Assembly: GCF_036365525.1 (NCBI RefSeq)
Contig: NC_090397.1
Span: forward strand, 56,398,091 to 56,462,090
Source: Heterodontus francisci
Lineage: Eukaryota
Direction: 5' to 3'
DNA: 64,000 nt
Part shown: positions 12,083 to 24,249 of the stretch, in pieces
How the letters are laid out: each line of letters starts with the position of its first letter
How positions within the stretch are numbered: the first letter of the stretch is position 1
Made by a program: the position numbers and the translations under genes
The notes under the pieces: generated by a model
Database searches by the model: none
The model's input: the letters and a program-made list of their open reading frames with translations, nothing else
Told to the model about the DNA's origin: nothing

Positions 12083-15000
12083 GACCGCATTTGTTGACGA
12101 CGCGAATGGTAGGTGGCGCTGTTTTGGCACATGCGCAAATATAGCATATGCCATGAAAACGTCACAGATTGCGACTGTAGCAGCTGCCAGGGCTAAAGAT
12201 GGCGCTGCTCATAGAATCACACAGAGGAAACCTAACGAACACGTGGCAGTATACAATGGCCGCAGTGAGAGAGCAGCGCGGGGGCCGGGCCGGGCTGGGG
12301 AGAGCAGCGCGGGGGCCGGGGAGAGCAGCGCGGGGGCCGGGGAGAGCAGCGTTGAGGGTGTCGGGGGGGGGGGAGAAAGAGAAGGAGGGGGGGAGAAAGA
12401 GAGGGAGGGGTGGGGGGGGAAGAGAGGGAGGGGGGAAGAGAGGGAGGGGGGCAAGAGAGGGAGGGGGAGGGGGGGAAGAGAGGGAGGTGGAGGGAGAGGG
12501 GGGTGAGGGAGAAGGGGGGTGAGGGGAGAGGGGGGGTGAGGGGAGAGGGGGAGTGGGGGGTGAGGGAGATGGGGGGGGAGGGGAGAGGGGGGGAGGGCGG
12601 GAGTGGGGGAGAGTGGGGGTGGGGAGCAGCGGAGCAGAAGAGGAGTGCCTTTTTCTGTGCATGCGCCAGAAACACAACAGCAAAAGACTTACAGGCCAGT
12701 CCCTGCACCCGGCGACAACAAGGTCTTCGCACACTCACTCCCCGCAGCTCTCTACGGCCTCTCGCTTCCGGCCCTCTCCATTCAGCCGTTCCCTCCAGCT
12801 GCGGATGCCCAATCCAGTTGCTTCTCCCCTACTTCTCCACAGTACTTCAGGCATTGCAACTGTCTGGTCCCTGCATTTTGCATGCTCCCTCTCCCCACCC
12901 CTCCCTGCTCTCCCCACCCCTCCCCCCTCTCCATCTTCACCTCCACCTCTTCACCCAACCCTCAAATTACCCCGCTACCTCCACCCCTCCCTTGACCCCC
13001 CCTACCTCCACCCCTCCCTCTACCCCCCTACCTCCACCCCTCCACCACAGTTGAATATCTGAAGTGCAGTTGCAAAGTCAGGTAAATAGCATGCAAAACA
13101 AAGCCTCAACAATTCTGGGGTTAATTATTGAGAAGTTTTATTAAGTTCATTAAGCATCCGAGGCACTGCTGTGCATGGATACATGAGTGTTGTGTTTCCA
13201 GCATTCCCGTTAGACAGACAGGCCGAGTCTCTGCTATGCACAGCTAAAGAGATTGTTCCTGGAGAGCCTTGTGGTGAATGAACGCTTGGCTCTCTATTCC
13301 ACTACTGTATTGTCCATGTGAAGAAGGCAAAGTCACAAGAGTCTGAGCTCAGTCTATTCTTGGTGAATGTCCCCCAAGCGCATCCCAATGTGCATTCCCA
13401 ATTCATCCATAAACGCAATGTTCCTTTCCACATTGTGACGAGCTCCGCAGCATGATCCAGTTGCCTTCGTTGCTTGAATGCTGACCTTAAGTCTCAAGGA
13501 TTGTTTTCTCGACGGCATGTTTTACATGAAAAGACTGTTTCGCAGTCCAGAGGAGGTTGCGCTGAGGTGGTCGCCCAGCCATTGGTCTATCCAGGAAATC
13601 ACAACAAAGGCAGTCCGTAGACACGGGGGCGGTATGCGCGTGGCTTTGTGGGCACAGGATCTCACTGACGAGATGTATTGATACTGCAAATCTAATCTTG
13701 GTTCAATGCACATCAAGGAACAAGCGTATGGGTGCTCACTTTTTTAAATAGACTCCCCGTTGCCTGTAAGCACAACAGAAAAGCGCATTTAAATAGCATT
13801 GTTAACATAGTGAAACATAACAAGGCACATCACAGGATGTGCCTGCAGACCATGCTACCTGTTGAAACATCTCAAGTTTACTGCTGAAGTCATCATAACT
13901 CTCGAACTCCTGTGCTGTGAAGGTGGCAAGAAACTGCTCTGTGAAATCTACTGACGTTGCCATGATCGAAGTTTGAAGTTCAGGAAGGCTATTAAGGGAC
14001 CACACGGGAAACATGAGATGAGATAAGAAATACAGAATGCACTCCATTAAAACGTTACAAAAACGAAAGTGACCGTTTAGATGGTAGGTTGCAGCACATG
14101 TACTGCCTGCACACAGCAACTCACAACAGGGACTGGAGCACATGCGGTGCCCCAGACAATGGAAATGCTTTCAGAGCAGCTTACAACAGGGACTGGAGAA
14201 CATGCGGTGCCCCAGACAATGGAACTGTTTTCAGAGCAGCTTACAACAGGGACTGGAGAACATGCAGTGCCCCAGACAATGAAAATGTTTTCAGAGCAGC
14301 TTACAACAGGGACTGGAGCACATGCGGTGCCCCAGACAATGGAAATGCTTTCAGAGCAGCTTACAACAGGGACTGGAGAACATGCGGTGCCCCAGACAAT
14401 GGAACTGTTTTCAGAGCAGCTTACAACAGGGACTGGAGAACATGCGGTGCCCCAGACAATGAAAATGTTTTCAGAGCAGCTTACAACAGGGACTGGAGCA
14501 CATGCGGTGCCCCAGACAATGGAAATGCTTTCAGAGCAGCTTACAACAGGGACTGGAGAACATGCGGTGCCCCAGACAATGGAACTGTTTTCAGAGCAGC
14601 TTACAACAGGGACTGGAGAACATGCGGTGCCCCAGACAATGAAAATGTTTTCAGAGCAGCTTACAACAGGGACTGGAGAACATGCGGTGCCCCAGACAAT
14701 GGAAATGTTTTTAGAGCAGCTTACAACAGGGACTGGAGCACATGCGGTGCCCCAGACAATGGAAATGCTTTCAGAGCAGCTTACAACAGGGACTGGAGAA
14801 CATGCGGTGCCCCAGACAATGGAAATGTTTTCAAAGCAACTTACAAAGGCAGAGCAACTTACCTTGGAACAATCTCCTGTGTCTAATAAAAATGAAGCAA
14901 GTCTCCAAAACGACTAAATAATTCAGATAAAATGCGAGAAAATGCCCGACGAAACCTCTCCTCCTTCCACTTTCAAAAAGTCGCGCCGAAGCTTTGACGC

Positions 15001-15223
15001 ATGCGTGAATATCTGAAGATTGACGCATGCGCAGAGGCCAACCTGGCTCGTTGCCCGAGGAAGACGACGTAACGCGATGACGTCATCTGCGCATGCGCAA
15101 AGCGTCCGTGGCAAGCCGGACTGCAGCGCATGTGCAGAGATCAGGAGACCGTGTGCGCATGTGCGCACCACGGCGCATCCTGATGACGTCGGCGCTGACG
15201 AAGCGTTGTCATGAATCACTATG
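12083..15223 (-). mobile_element. Longer Mutator-like transposon copy 2, nested in an LTR
   Basis: Splits the LTR; TSD TTTAATTTT on both sides (12074-12082, 15224-15232). Same two termini as copy 1, in opposite orientation. Spliced minus-strand coding remnant from 13963: MATSVDF...EFESYDDFSSKLEMFQQ/ATGSLFKKVS. Confidence 0.8.
14113..14846. repeat. 60-bp tandem array (~12 units) with 180-bp higher-order periodicity
   Basis: Unit TCAGAGCAGCTTACAACAGGGACTGGAG(A/C)ACATGCGGTGCCCCAGACAAT plus a variable 10-mer that cycles GGAAATGCTT / GGAACTGTTT / GAAAATGTTT three times. Confidence 0.97.
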
Positions 15224-16182
15224 TTTAATTTTTAACACACTGTGTTTTGAGCTCTCCCTTTGGTGAATCCTTGTTCGCCACTTTCCAATTATAAGGCAAA
15301 GAAATGAGCATAAACAGACTTTCTTAGGTTTAAAGAAGAAGAATGAAATTTATTAAGCCTTAAACTTAAACTCTATTGCAGTTATCACCTACGGATATAC
15401 GATGCGCACACGCTAGCATGCACACGCGAGACACACATGCAAATACGGACAGAAAAGAGCAGAAGATAGAATGGAGAGGTTTGAGGCAATATCAGAAGAA
15501 TTTCTTGTTTACTCTGCTTCGAGCTCACTGTAGTCCTTTTGTAAGTAGGCTTGCTTTTCGTTGGGGCCCAGTATTCTTCTTAAACCTTGTTCACTGTAGG
15601 ACACTTTTCTCTCTTTGGGTTCACGTGTCTTCAATGGTTTTCGAAGCTGGTGAGAGCGAGACGAGAACAGACAGAAGAGTGGTCTTTTCAGTCCAAGAGC
15701 AAAGAGCTTTCTGAGTTCAAATTACTTGTTGGAAGTTCAAATTCAAAAAACTCCAACAGTCTGTTAGTCATGTGACCCAAACTGGTCCAACCACGTCTGT
15801 TTGTGTATTCGGCCATCTTAGCAGTTAACTTGGAATGCTAGCCTTTCCACCTTCCACATCTGGTAATCAAAAGTCCATTGTGGATTAAATTGGAGCAGGG
15901 GATAGCCCCCTCGTCCTTTGAAGTACTGTCTGTTGATATGCTAATGTCTCTCTCCAGGCAAAATCTCCAATTGTTTTTTAAAGCAACTTCTTTCTTCACT
16001 GACAACAGTCAAAAATCAATGTTCATGTGGTGAAATTAATTTTCCTCATTCTTGGCAGGTGGGGGGCTTGCCTGTCACTTGTTTTAGCAGGTTTGAAATC
16101 TGGGTGGTTCAATTGCACACTGATCTCACATCAGTCTGATTCCATTACTAATCCATCTCTCTGCCCTTCATTTCATAACCAG

Positions 16183-16497
16183 CTCGTCCTTCTCTTTGGC
16201 TACTTGCATCTTATGAAGAAACTGCTTCTTCACCTTCAGTTATTGTCACATGTTCAGCGTACAGGTTCTATCCAAATATCATCACAATGATGTTCCAAGC
16301 AACCTGCCTCACCAGCCAGCTCATCAGTGAAAGCAACACATCCAACCCCGATGGAACTTACAACCACACAGCTATCGTTAACGTCTCCACTGAAAACTGC
16401 ACCAACTTAGCTGAATTCACTTGTATAGTTCGACATCCAGCATCACAGTCCAAGATAAACCACACTATCCTCATTGTGGTACGCCAAAGAGGTGAAG
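16183..16497 (+). CDS. Exon: Ig C1-set domain (gene A)
   Basis: Acceptor cataaccag|CT, donor G|gtagga (alternative at 16491), phase 1-1. ARPSLWLL...VIVTCSAYRFYPNIITMMF...NPDGTYNHTA...FTCIVRHPAS contains the C1 hallmarks CxAxxFYP, NxDGTY and FTCxVxH. Confidence 0.9.
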
Positions 16498-16685
16498 GTA
16501 GGATATAACATTGTCAGCTTATTCAGTGTATCAATCTGCAAAAGTACTATTTGCTTTTAATATATAGTGGAAGAAGTGCTACAGGCAAGATAGATACAGA
16601 CAAGAAAGGCCAATCAATCCATCCATGGCTAAACTCTATAGTCCCTGAAACCGAGCACAGGTTCTTTTTAGTTTTTTTTTAGTTT

Positions 16686-17010
16686 TAGAGATACAGCACT
16701 GAAACAGGCCCTTAGGCCCACCGAGTCTGTGCCGACCATCAACCACCCATTTATACTAATCCTACATTCCTACCACATCCCCACCTGTCCCTATATTTCC
16801 CTACCACCTACCTATACTAGGGGCAATTTATAATGGCCAATTTACCTACCAACCTGCAAGTCTTTTGGCTTGTGGGAGGAAACCGGAGCACCCGGAGAAA
16901 ACCCACGCAGACACAGGGAGAACTTGCAAACTCCACACAGGCAGTACCCAGAATTGAACCCGGGTCGATGGAGCTGTGAGGCTGCAGTGCTAACCACTGC
17001 GCCACTGTGC
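16686..17010 (-). mobile_element. HE1-type tRNA-derived SINE
   Basis: Reverse complement of GCACAGTGGCGCAGTGGTTAGCAC...CCTGTTTCAGTGCTGTATCTCTAAA; six copies in the window. Confidence 0.88.
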
Positions 17011-17059
17011 TATATTTTGTTATATTTGCTATAATGTGTTATATTTTTAAATGATTGCA

Positions 17060-19970
17060 GGGTCCAGCCAGCGCTAACTGTTTTGTTGATTGGCTAGGCA
17101 CTGTTGCAGGGGGAAAATATCGTGAGTGGCTAACACCAGTTAAAGCTAACCTGCAACTCTTAAAGTGGAAGTGCATTGTGGCTAGAACAGGAGATTGCAG
17201 TCCTTTGTGAGCTGAATATGACCTGGGAAACTTTGAAGAATAGCACATGGGCAAGAATGGGCTCCAAGATTTTTTGAACACTGCATTGGAGGCCTTGGTG
17301 GTGGAGAGATGTCCGGTATCTGCAGGGGAGAGGAGGCCCTCCAAATACCTACTCAGAAGACAGTGGGAGCAGATATTCGTGGAGGTCAATACCAGGAGTC
17401 AAGCCCTGAAGACCTGGATGCAGTGCCGTAAGAAGTTCAATGACCTCACACGATTGGTAAAGGTCAGTGAATGGATTTTCAAATGCCATAACTTACCAAC
17501 AGCACTACTATCTTCAGATGCTGCTCAATTCACTGCACCCCATCACCTACCACCAATATATTTCATTCAAGACTCCTACGTGACATTCGTATGCTGCACC
17601 ACACCCTCACATACATAGCACTGCTGTGAGCCATACGTCCACAGCTCACAGGTTGCACACACTGGCAGCTATTCAACCATGACAGCCACATCAACCAAAC
17701 AGATTGCATGACACCCACTGACATATTTCCCTCTCTCTTGCAAGACAAGGTGGCACACAACCAGATGTAACTGGAGCGGGACAAGTGCACCTGCATGACC
17801 TAATCCTCATGGAGGAGATGGTGCTGGCCATTATTGGGACCCCAATTGCTGAGTTGTGGTCAGTGGAGGGGATGAAACCATAGAAGATGACAGTATCCTC
17901 ATACCCAATCCTCCTCCTCATGTCCCACCTACCCCTCATCCCACATTCTCTTCTCATTTACAAGCTGCAGATGGTGTAAGCATGCACCATTTACTTCCCC
18001 CTTCTCTCTGCACACAACCTTATCCTTGTTCCTTTCACCTTTCAGATACCCAAAAATTGTAACCTGGCCAGGTAGTGAAGGAACAGCAATAAGACAGTGA
18101 TGATAAAGACACTGCACCATCACACGATCTCACTTATAGCCACCAGCTTAGATGCTGACACTGCACATTATTTAGAGGATACCACAGAAGTGGGATCTGT
18201 ACATGGTGAGACACCAGGAATGAGTGGCCTGCAACCAGAGCAGAGGCAAGGAAAGCACAGATGCCGCCTCGCCGGAGGGTGAAGTGAAGTGGGGTTACAC
18301 ATGAGCTCTGCTGTAGAGGACTCAGATGAGCACGTCAATGGGGAACCCTACAGAGTATGTACAACAAATGCTGTGGATGCATTGAGAAGCCTGCCAGACA
18401 ACCTGCAGTCAATGTTGAGGAGCATGGAGGAGTTCAGCACCAACTTGGCACAGGGCTTTGCACAGAGCTTGGAACCCATCCTTTCAAGCATCCTTTCACT
18501 CCAGCACACACTTAAGGACTCAACCGTGATGCAGCATCTGCTGGCCGGTGTCTTTGCTTCCATTGCAGTACAAGCAACTTCCATCAAAAGTCTGATTGCT
18601 GTAGTCGGGCTGAAGTCATGCAAGGTCAGCTTGCTGCCATGCAAGCTCACACTGTTGTCATCGTGGCTGTGCATGACCATGTTCAAAGTGGCTTGCAGGG
18701 TGTTGCAGCAATCTGCCCTCCAACAAATGACTAGAATTTCTGAGGCACCACCCTAGGGGAGTGGCAGTGGCTCTATGGAACCCAAACTCCTGTCCTTTCT
18801 CAGGAAGACAGCACCCGTCCTCCCATCCCTGCCAGTTCACCATTGCCCTTGCTGTTGTCTGTCAGCCAGCCAGTCAAGACTGCTGCTGCCCATGCCGAGA
18901 TGGTGCAGTCCACAGCTGGGGCTTCTGGGCCCAGAGCTGCTTGAGGTCGTCCTTCAAGGCTATCTGCAGTTTCAACCACTGAAAGTCAGCAGCCCTTCAC
19001 CAGCCACGCTGCAGCCTCTGGGGTAGCACTGCATAGGAACTCTAGAACAGGCAACGGCAGATGGAATACAGGCACTAAGGGAATGCACAAGAATGATTAG
19101 TTGACATTTGTGTGGAATAATTTCATTTATAAATTAGGTTTGGAATGTTTATTTTGTGTTGGATTTTATTTTTACATTGTGGCCAAGCTGATGCTGTGAT
19201 GGTCAGTGATGGGGGGAAGGTTAGGAGTTGGACTGTTGACAACTTGGGAATTGGGGGTGCAGTTACTGATATCATGCTCGGATGAGATCACAGAATCTTT
19301 ACAACACAGGAGGCCATTCGGCCCATTGTGTATGCACCAGCTCTCCAAAAGAGCAGTTCATTTAGTGCCATGGCCCTGTTCTTCATGGACAGCTCACCAG
19401 AAAGGAGCTGCCCAGGTTGCCTCCTCGCTTCCTCCTCCTCCACTTCCTCAAGGTCCTGAATTGCTTGCCATATAGTAGTGGCAAGGGCAGTGCCCTCATG
19501 ATGGTGAAGTTGTGCAACACTCTGCCAAGTACTGGAAGGCTCCTCCAGATCAGTCCAGGCAGCCAATAGTCTGCTCTGCCATGTTTTGTGTGGCACACAC
19601 GTGCGTGGGTTGTGCACTGGAGTCATCAGCCACGTGGTCAGCAGACAGTCCTTGCTGCACAGAAGTCACTCTTTTGTTTGCCATGGTGGCTCAAATGCAG
19701 CTGGCACAGAAAATTGTCGCAGAATTAAGTTATCATGACTGCTGCTAGGATAGCAGGCATTTACCTCCATGCTTCTCTGCCTATGGTCACATAGCAGCTG
19801 GACGTTGAAGGAATGGAATCCCTTTCAGTTGTGGTATAGGCAGAATTGACAGGCGGCTGGAAAGTGATATGCATGCAGTCAATTGCACTGTGCAGCATGA
19901 GGACGCCTGCAATCCTCATGAAGCCATGTGTTTGTTCCGCCTGCTTCTCTCTGACAAGTGAGAACTAAAT
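17060..19970. mobile_element. Decayed PIF/Harbinger element (Myb/SANT-like ORF on +, nuclease remnants on -)
   Basis: 17247-17463 encodes ALEALV...RRQWEQIFVEVN...KTWMQCRKKFNDL (MSANTD/NAIF1-like); convergent decayed nuclease at ~19300-19960. Confidence 0.7.
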
Positions 19971-19974
19971 GTAC

Positions 19975-21340
19975 AAAAGCAAAATACTGCCGTTGCTGGA
20001 AATCTGAAATAAAAACAGAAAATGCTGGAAATACTCAGCAGATCTGGAAGAATCTGTTGCGAGAGAAACAGTTAATGTTTCAACTCTAACCTTTCATCAG
20101 AACTGGGAAAAGTTAGAAATGTAATAGATTTTGGAGGAGGGTGGGAAGAAGAACAAAAGGGAAGGTGTAATGGGGTGGGAGGTAGGAGAGATCAAATGAC
20201 ACAAGGTTTCATGGTGCAAGGCCAAAGGGAGTGGTAATGGTACAAGTTAAGAAACAAAACATGTGTCTAGGGGAGGTGTGAATGGCAGGATAGCTGGTGT
20301 CCGAACACAAACTAAAGGAAATAAGAGAGAAATGAGAGAAAAAAAGCAAACCAGCAAAGAAACACGAAACAAAATGGGGGCTGGGATTATGATCTAAAAT
20401 TGCTGAACTCAGTGTTGAGATTAGAAGGCTGTCAAGTGCCCAGTTGAAAGATGTGGTGCTGTTCCTCGAGCTTGCGTTGAGCTTCATTGGAACACTGTAG
20501 CAGGCCTAGGACAGAAAGGTCAGAGTGGGAGAATGGGAGCAAGGTAGAGAATTAAAATGACAGGCAACTGGAAGCTCAGGGTCATGCTTGCAGACTGAAC
20601 GAAGGTGTTCCACAAAGCGGTCTCCCCAGTGGTAGAGGAAACTAGATTATAAGCAGCAAATACAGTATACTAAATTTAAAGACGTACAAGTAAATTGCTG
20701 CATCACAGGAAGGACTGTTTGTGGCCTTGGACGGTGAGAAGGGAGGAGGTTAAAAGGGCAGGTTTTGCATCTCCTGTACTTGAATGGAAAGTTGCCATAG
20801 GAAAGGGACAGGGTATTGGGGGTGACTGAGGAGTGGGCCAGGATATCGCAGAGTGAACGGTCACTATGGAATGCTGAAAGGGGAGAAGAGAGGAAGGTGT
20901 GTTTGGTAGTGGCATCATGCTGGAGGTGGCGGAAATGGCAGAGGATAATCCGTTCAATATAGTGGCTGGTGGGGTGGAAGGTGAGAATAAGGGGAACCCT
21001 ATCGTGGTTCTGGAAGGGGAGGGGTGGAAGAGGTGAGATCAGAAGTGCGTTAAATAGAACAGGCATGGTCAAGGGCTGTGTAGACCATGGCGGGGGGAAT
21101 GTTCGGTTGAAGAAAAATGAAGACATAGCGGAAGTGCTAGTATGGAAGGTAACATTGTCTGAACAGACACAACGGAGACGGAGAAACTGGGAGAATGGAA
21201 TACAGTCCTTACAGGAAGTGGGGTGTAAGGAAGTGTAGTCATGGTAGTGTGGGAATCGGTGGGCTTTTAGTGAATATTGGTTGATTGTCTATCCCCAGAA
21301 ATGAAGACAAGGAAGGGAAGAGTCGGGGATGGACCTTGTG
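19975..21340 (-). mobile_element. Penelope-like (GIY-YIG) element 3' fragment
   Basis: RVPLILTFHP, FRHLQHD, FTCTSLNLVYCIC; terminal GAAAATGCTGGAAATACTCAGCAG motif. Confidence 0.8.
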
Positions 21341-21359
21341 AAGATGAGAGAAGGGTGGA

Positions 21360-24249
21360 CGTTGGAAGCACAGTTGATGAAGGCAACATCTGGCGGCTAT
21401 GCCACAGGCCATGCGCACCCATGAGCGGATGATGGATGAGTCCATCCAGGCCATGACAGCTGCCATGTCCCAGGCAAATGGCACACGGCTTCCTCCATGG
21501 AGAGGATGGTACCCGCATGGCGAGCCACATCCCACAGATGTGTGCTGGCCTGCAAACCATCGCCTCGGCCATGAGCTGGATGCAGTAGTGGCTAGGCAGG
21601 AAAGCGACCAAGGGGCCTGGACACCGTCTTTGCACCTGGTCCTTCTCAGGAGAGCAGCGAGGTTCCCATGACTCTTGAGAGGGATGAGGAGAGACAGACG
21701 CCCATATGTGGGGTCTTCCCTCAGGGCGATTCCAATGTGGACACCGGCTCCTCAGCCCCTCCACCGATGAGTCCAGCTCCAGCAAACACAATGTCTGAGG
21801 AGAGGCCTGCACTGGTCCAGAGGATGACAGCCCAAATCATCCAAAGCCAAAGGGCGTCCTGATCAGCAGCCTGCCTCTAGTAAAGCTGCTGGCGCAGAGG
21901 TTGCACAGCGAAAGAGTACCTGCAAGCGGCTAAAAGAAACAATGACACATACAGGTTATCATGGGTACAACGTATATGTTCTGTTAACTTCTCATTAAAT
22001 GTGTTTGTCCAACAGGTTTCTCCTTTTTACTATGTTAATGATGCATACCAACATGTGCCGACTATGTCTCCTCCCATGACATCATTGCCCTGGAGCAATG
22101 CCAATGTATAGAAAGACATCATCACCATGCCAGTATGCATGATGAATGCATTGCATGGGTGCAGTCACATGGGCAATGGCTCAGTCATCTGCTGCCAGTG
22201 ATAGTGGTGGCACTGATGTCACAGATGCAGGAGACTGCCTACTAAATGCAGCACAGTGCAGTGTGAGCTGGGGAGTATATTCTGCTCCTCAGAGATAGTG
22301 GAAGTGCTCAGCAATAAGGCGTTGCCGAGCATCCCTTGCTCTTTGCTCGCCCTGTCTGCCATGCCTCCATTATCTCCATCCTCCCATGCACGTATGCTGC
22401 TGCATCTCATCTATGTCTTCATCATACGAGCATGTCTCCTGCTCCTGTCTACTTTTCCTGCAAGGCCTCCCCCCTCTGTATTGCAAAGTTGTGCAGAGCA
22501 CATCACACAGCAACGATGCCCACTACCCTTTCTGGTCAGTACTGTACGGCCCCACCTGACTTGTGTAGGCAGTGGAAGCACATCTTGAGCATGCCGATGG
22601 CCTGCCTAATGGTAGCTCATGTCGAGCACTGGTAGGCGTTTTATCTCTCCTCCTCATTGCTGGTGGTGTTTCTCACCATGTCTGCAAGGGGTCACCCTTG
22701 TCCCCAAGAAGCCACCCCTGGATCTGAGCCAGTGCAGTGAAGAGCATTGACACCTGGGACTGGCGCAAAATGAATGAGTCATGGCAGCTGCCTGGAAAGC
22801 AGTCACACATTTGCATGAAGTTTCCTGTGGTCACAGACTAGCTGCAGGTTGATTGAGTAGAAGCCCTTTCTATTCAGGAATGCAGCTGGTTGGCCAACTG
22901 GAGCCTTGATGGCCACATGTGTGCAGTTGGTGATCCCTTGCAAATGTGGGAACCCTGTGATGCCCCAAATCCAACGGCCCTTTGGAACTGACTCTCAAAG
23001 TCTGCCCCAAAGCACACATATCCAGCGGCCCTCCTGTACAAGGCATCGGTGACCTCCCTGATACAGCTGTGCACTGGTGACTGTGAAACGCCATACCAGT
23101 CGCCGGTGGCTTCCTGGAACGATGCGGAGGTGCAGAAGGTAAGAGCCGTGGTGATGGAGCACCACAGGCATAGGATGTCCAGCAAATCCCATTGGCTGCA
23201 GCTCATCTTTCAGCAGGACACAGAGAGGCGTCTCCGCCTCTCTGGACATCCGCAGCCACCTCTGACACTGGCGCTCCGAGGCGTGCAGGTATGTCATGGG
23301 GGGCCTGTAGACCCGCTGTCTTCTCTGACTTCAAAAGCGCCTTGGTGGCTGTTGCTGCTTTCTTCCATGAGCATCCACATGGGTTGTGCCTGCCTGTTGT
23401 TCAGCCTCCGGCGGATATGGCTCCTGACAGCACTTGGATCAAGACAGACAGGATAGACCAGCCCCATGTGAACACTGCAGGTGAACTCGGTGCCTTCAGT
23501 GAATCAATAGGACCTATCAGGGCAGACAGTGATGTACATTGGTGCTTCAGCTACATTCCAGCATCACCTACATGGTATTGTATAACATCACCCATACTAG
23601 CATTGAATAAAAATGGGGCAGCATGACCACGGTCATGTTACTGACATTGCGATGATGCAACCATCGGCCACATCACCTTCGACCCCAGGCCATTTTTGGC
23701 CCATACCCCAAATAGAAGGGGTCATGGAGTGCTAATTTTCCCCCCTCCCCCAAACAGCATTGGCCGATTGCAGGGTCAGCCCCCTTCACCCACCCCTCCA
23801 CCACCCCGCCAAACGCTAGCGTGCGCAGTGACCCCCTTTACGGTAGCTGGGCACAGGGTCCCTCCCTTATTCCATGCAGAGTTATGTCCCAGTCATCAGA
23901 GACCCCCACCCACCTTTGCCTGGGCTGAGGGCTGGCACTTCATTGCCACCAGCTTTTCACGGACGTGGACATGAAGGCTCGTGAGTGCCACGCGTCCAAA
24001 TAAAGATTGAAACCTGTTGCCTGAATTGCTGCGGCTTGCATATTAATGCATGGTAAGTAGCCATTTACATATTTTAATGTGGGTCCCATCGCCGAGCGGC
24101 GGGGTGGCCGCCACAAGGCCTCGCCACCGCCGCCAAGATCAGTATGGGGCCTGCCGGTGTCGGGGTCGGTGGCGGGCCCCCTCCGTTACTACCTTCATTG
24201 CTCCCCTGCCACCGTTCCCAGCATCAGAGAGCCTTTAAAATACAACCCT
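21360..24249 (-). mobile_element. Decayed Harbinger element with HARBI1-like nuclease remnants
   Basis: Minus-strand fragments WLRMSRE...LKDELQP...PV, ALTF.SASFQEATGD.YGVSQSPVHSCIREVTDAL, HVAIKA, PGSCHDSFILR; TIR-like end AAAATACAACCC. Confidence 0.75.

Larger units (their letters stand above)
8121..16077 (-). mobile_element. Internally deleted Gmr1-like Ty3/Gypsy LTR retrotransposon
   Basis: 5' LTR 16077-12004 (TG...CA, interrupted by the 12083-15223 insertion); truncated 3' LTR 8776-~8121, highly similar; tRNA-Pro-like PBS TGGGTGCTAGCGTCCGG just inside the 5' LTR. Decayed gag (capsid-like, CFHCNQAGHLKADC knuckle), protease ILRDTGA, then integrase zinc finger (CRSCHMC); no RT/RNase H seen. 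Confidence 0.88.

Noticed and set aside
12081-13062. Overlapping Pro/Gly-rich ORFs (also 6690-7128, 37188-37862)
   Set aside because: Low-complexity G/C tracts inside transposon copies; open frames are compositional.
14113-14846. CRISPR-like array
   Set aside because: Contiguous 60-bp units with no unique spacers, no cas genes, vertebrate context.
17247-17618. Host NAIF1/MSANTD or HARBI1 gene
   Set aside because: Fragmented, multi-copy and paired with decayed nuclease sequence, so TE relics.
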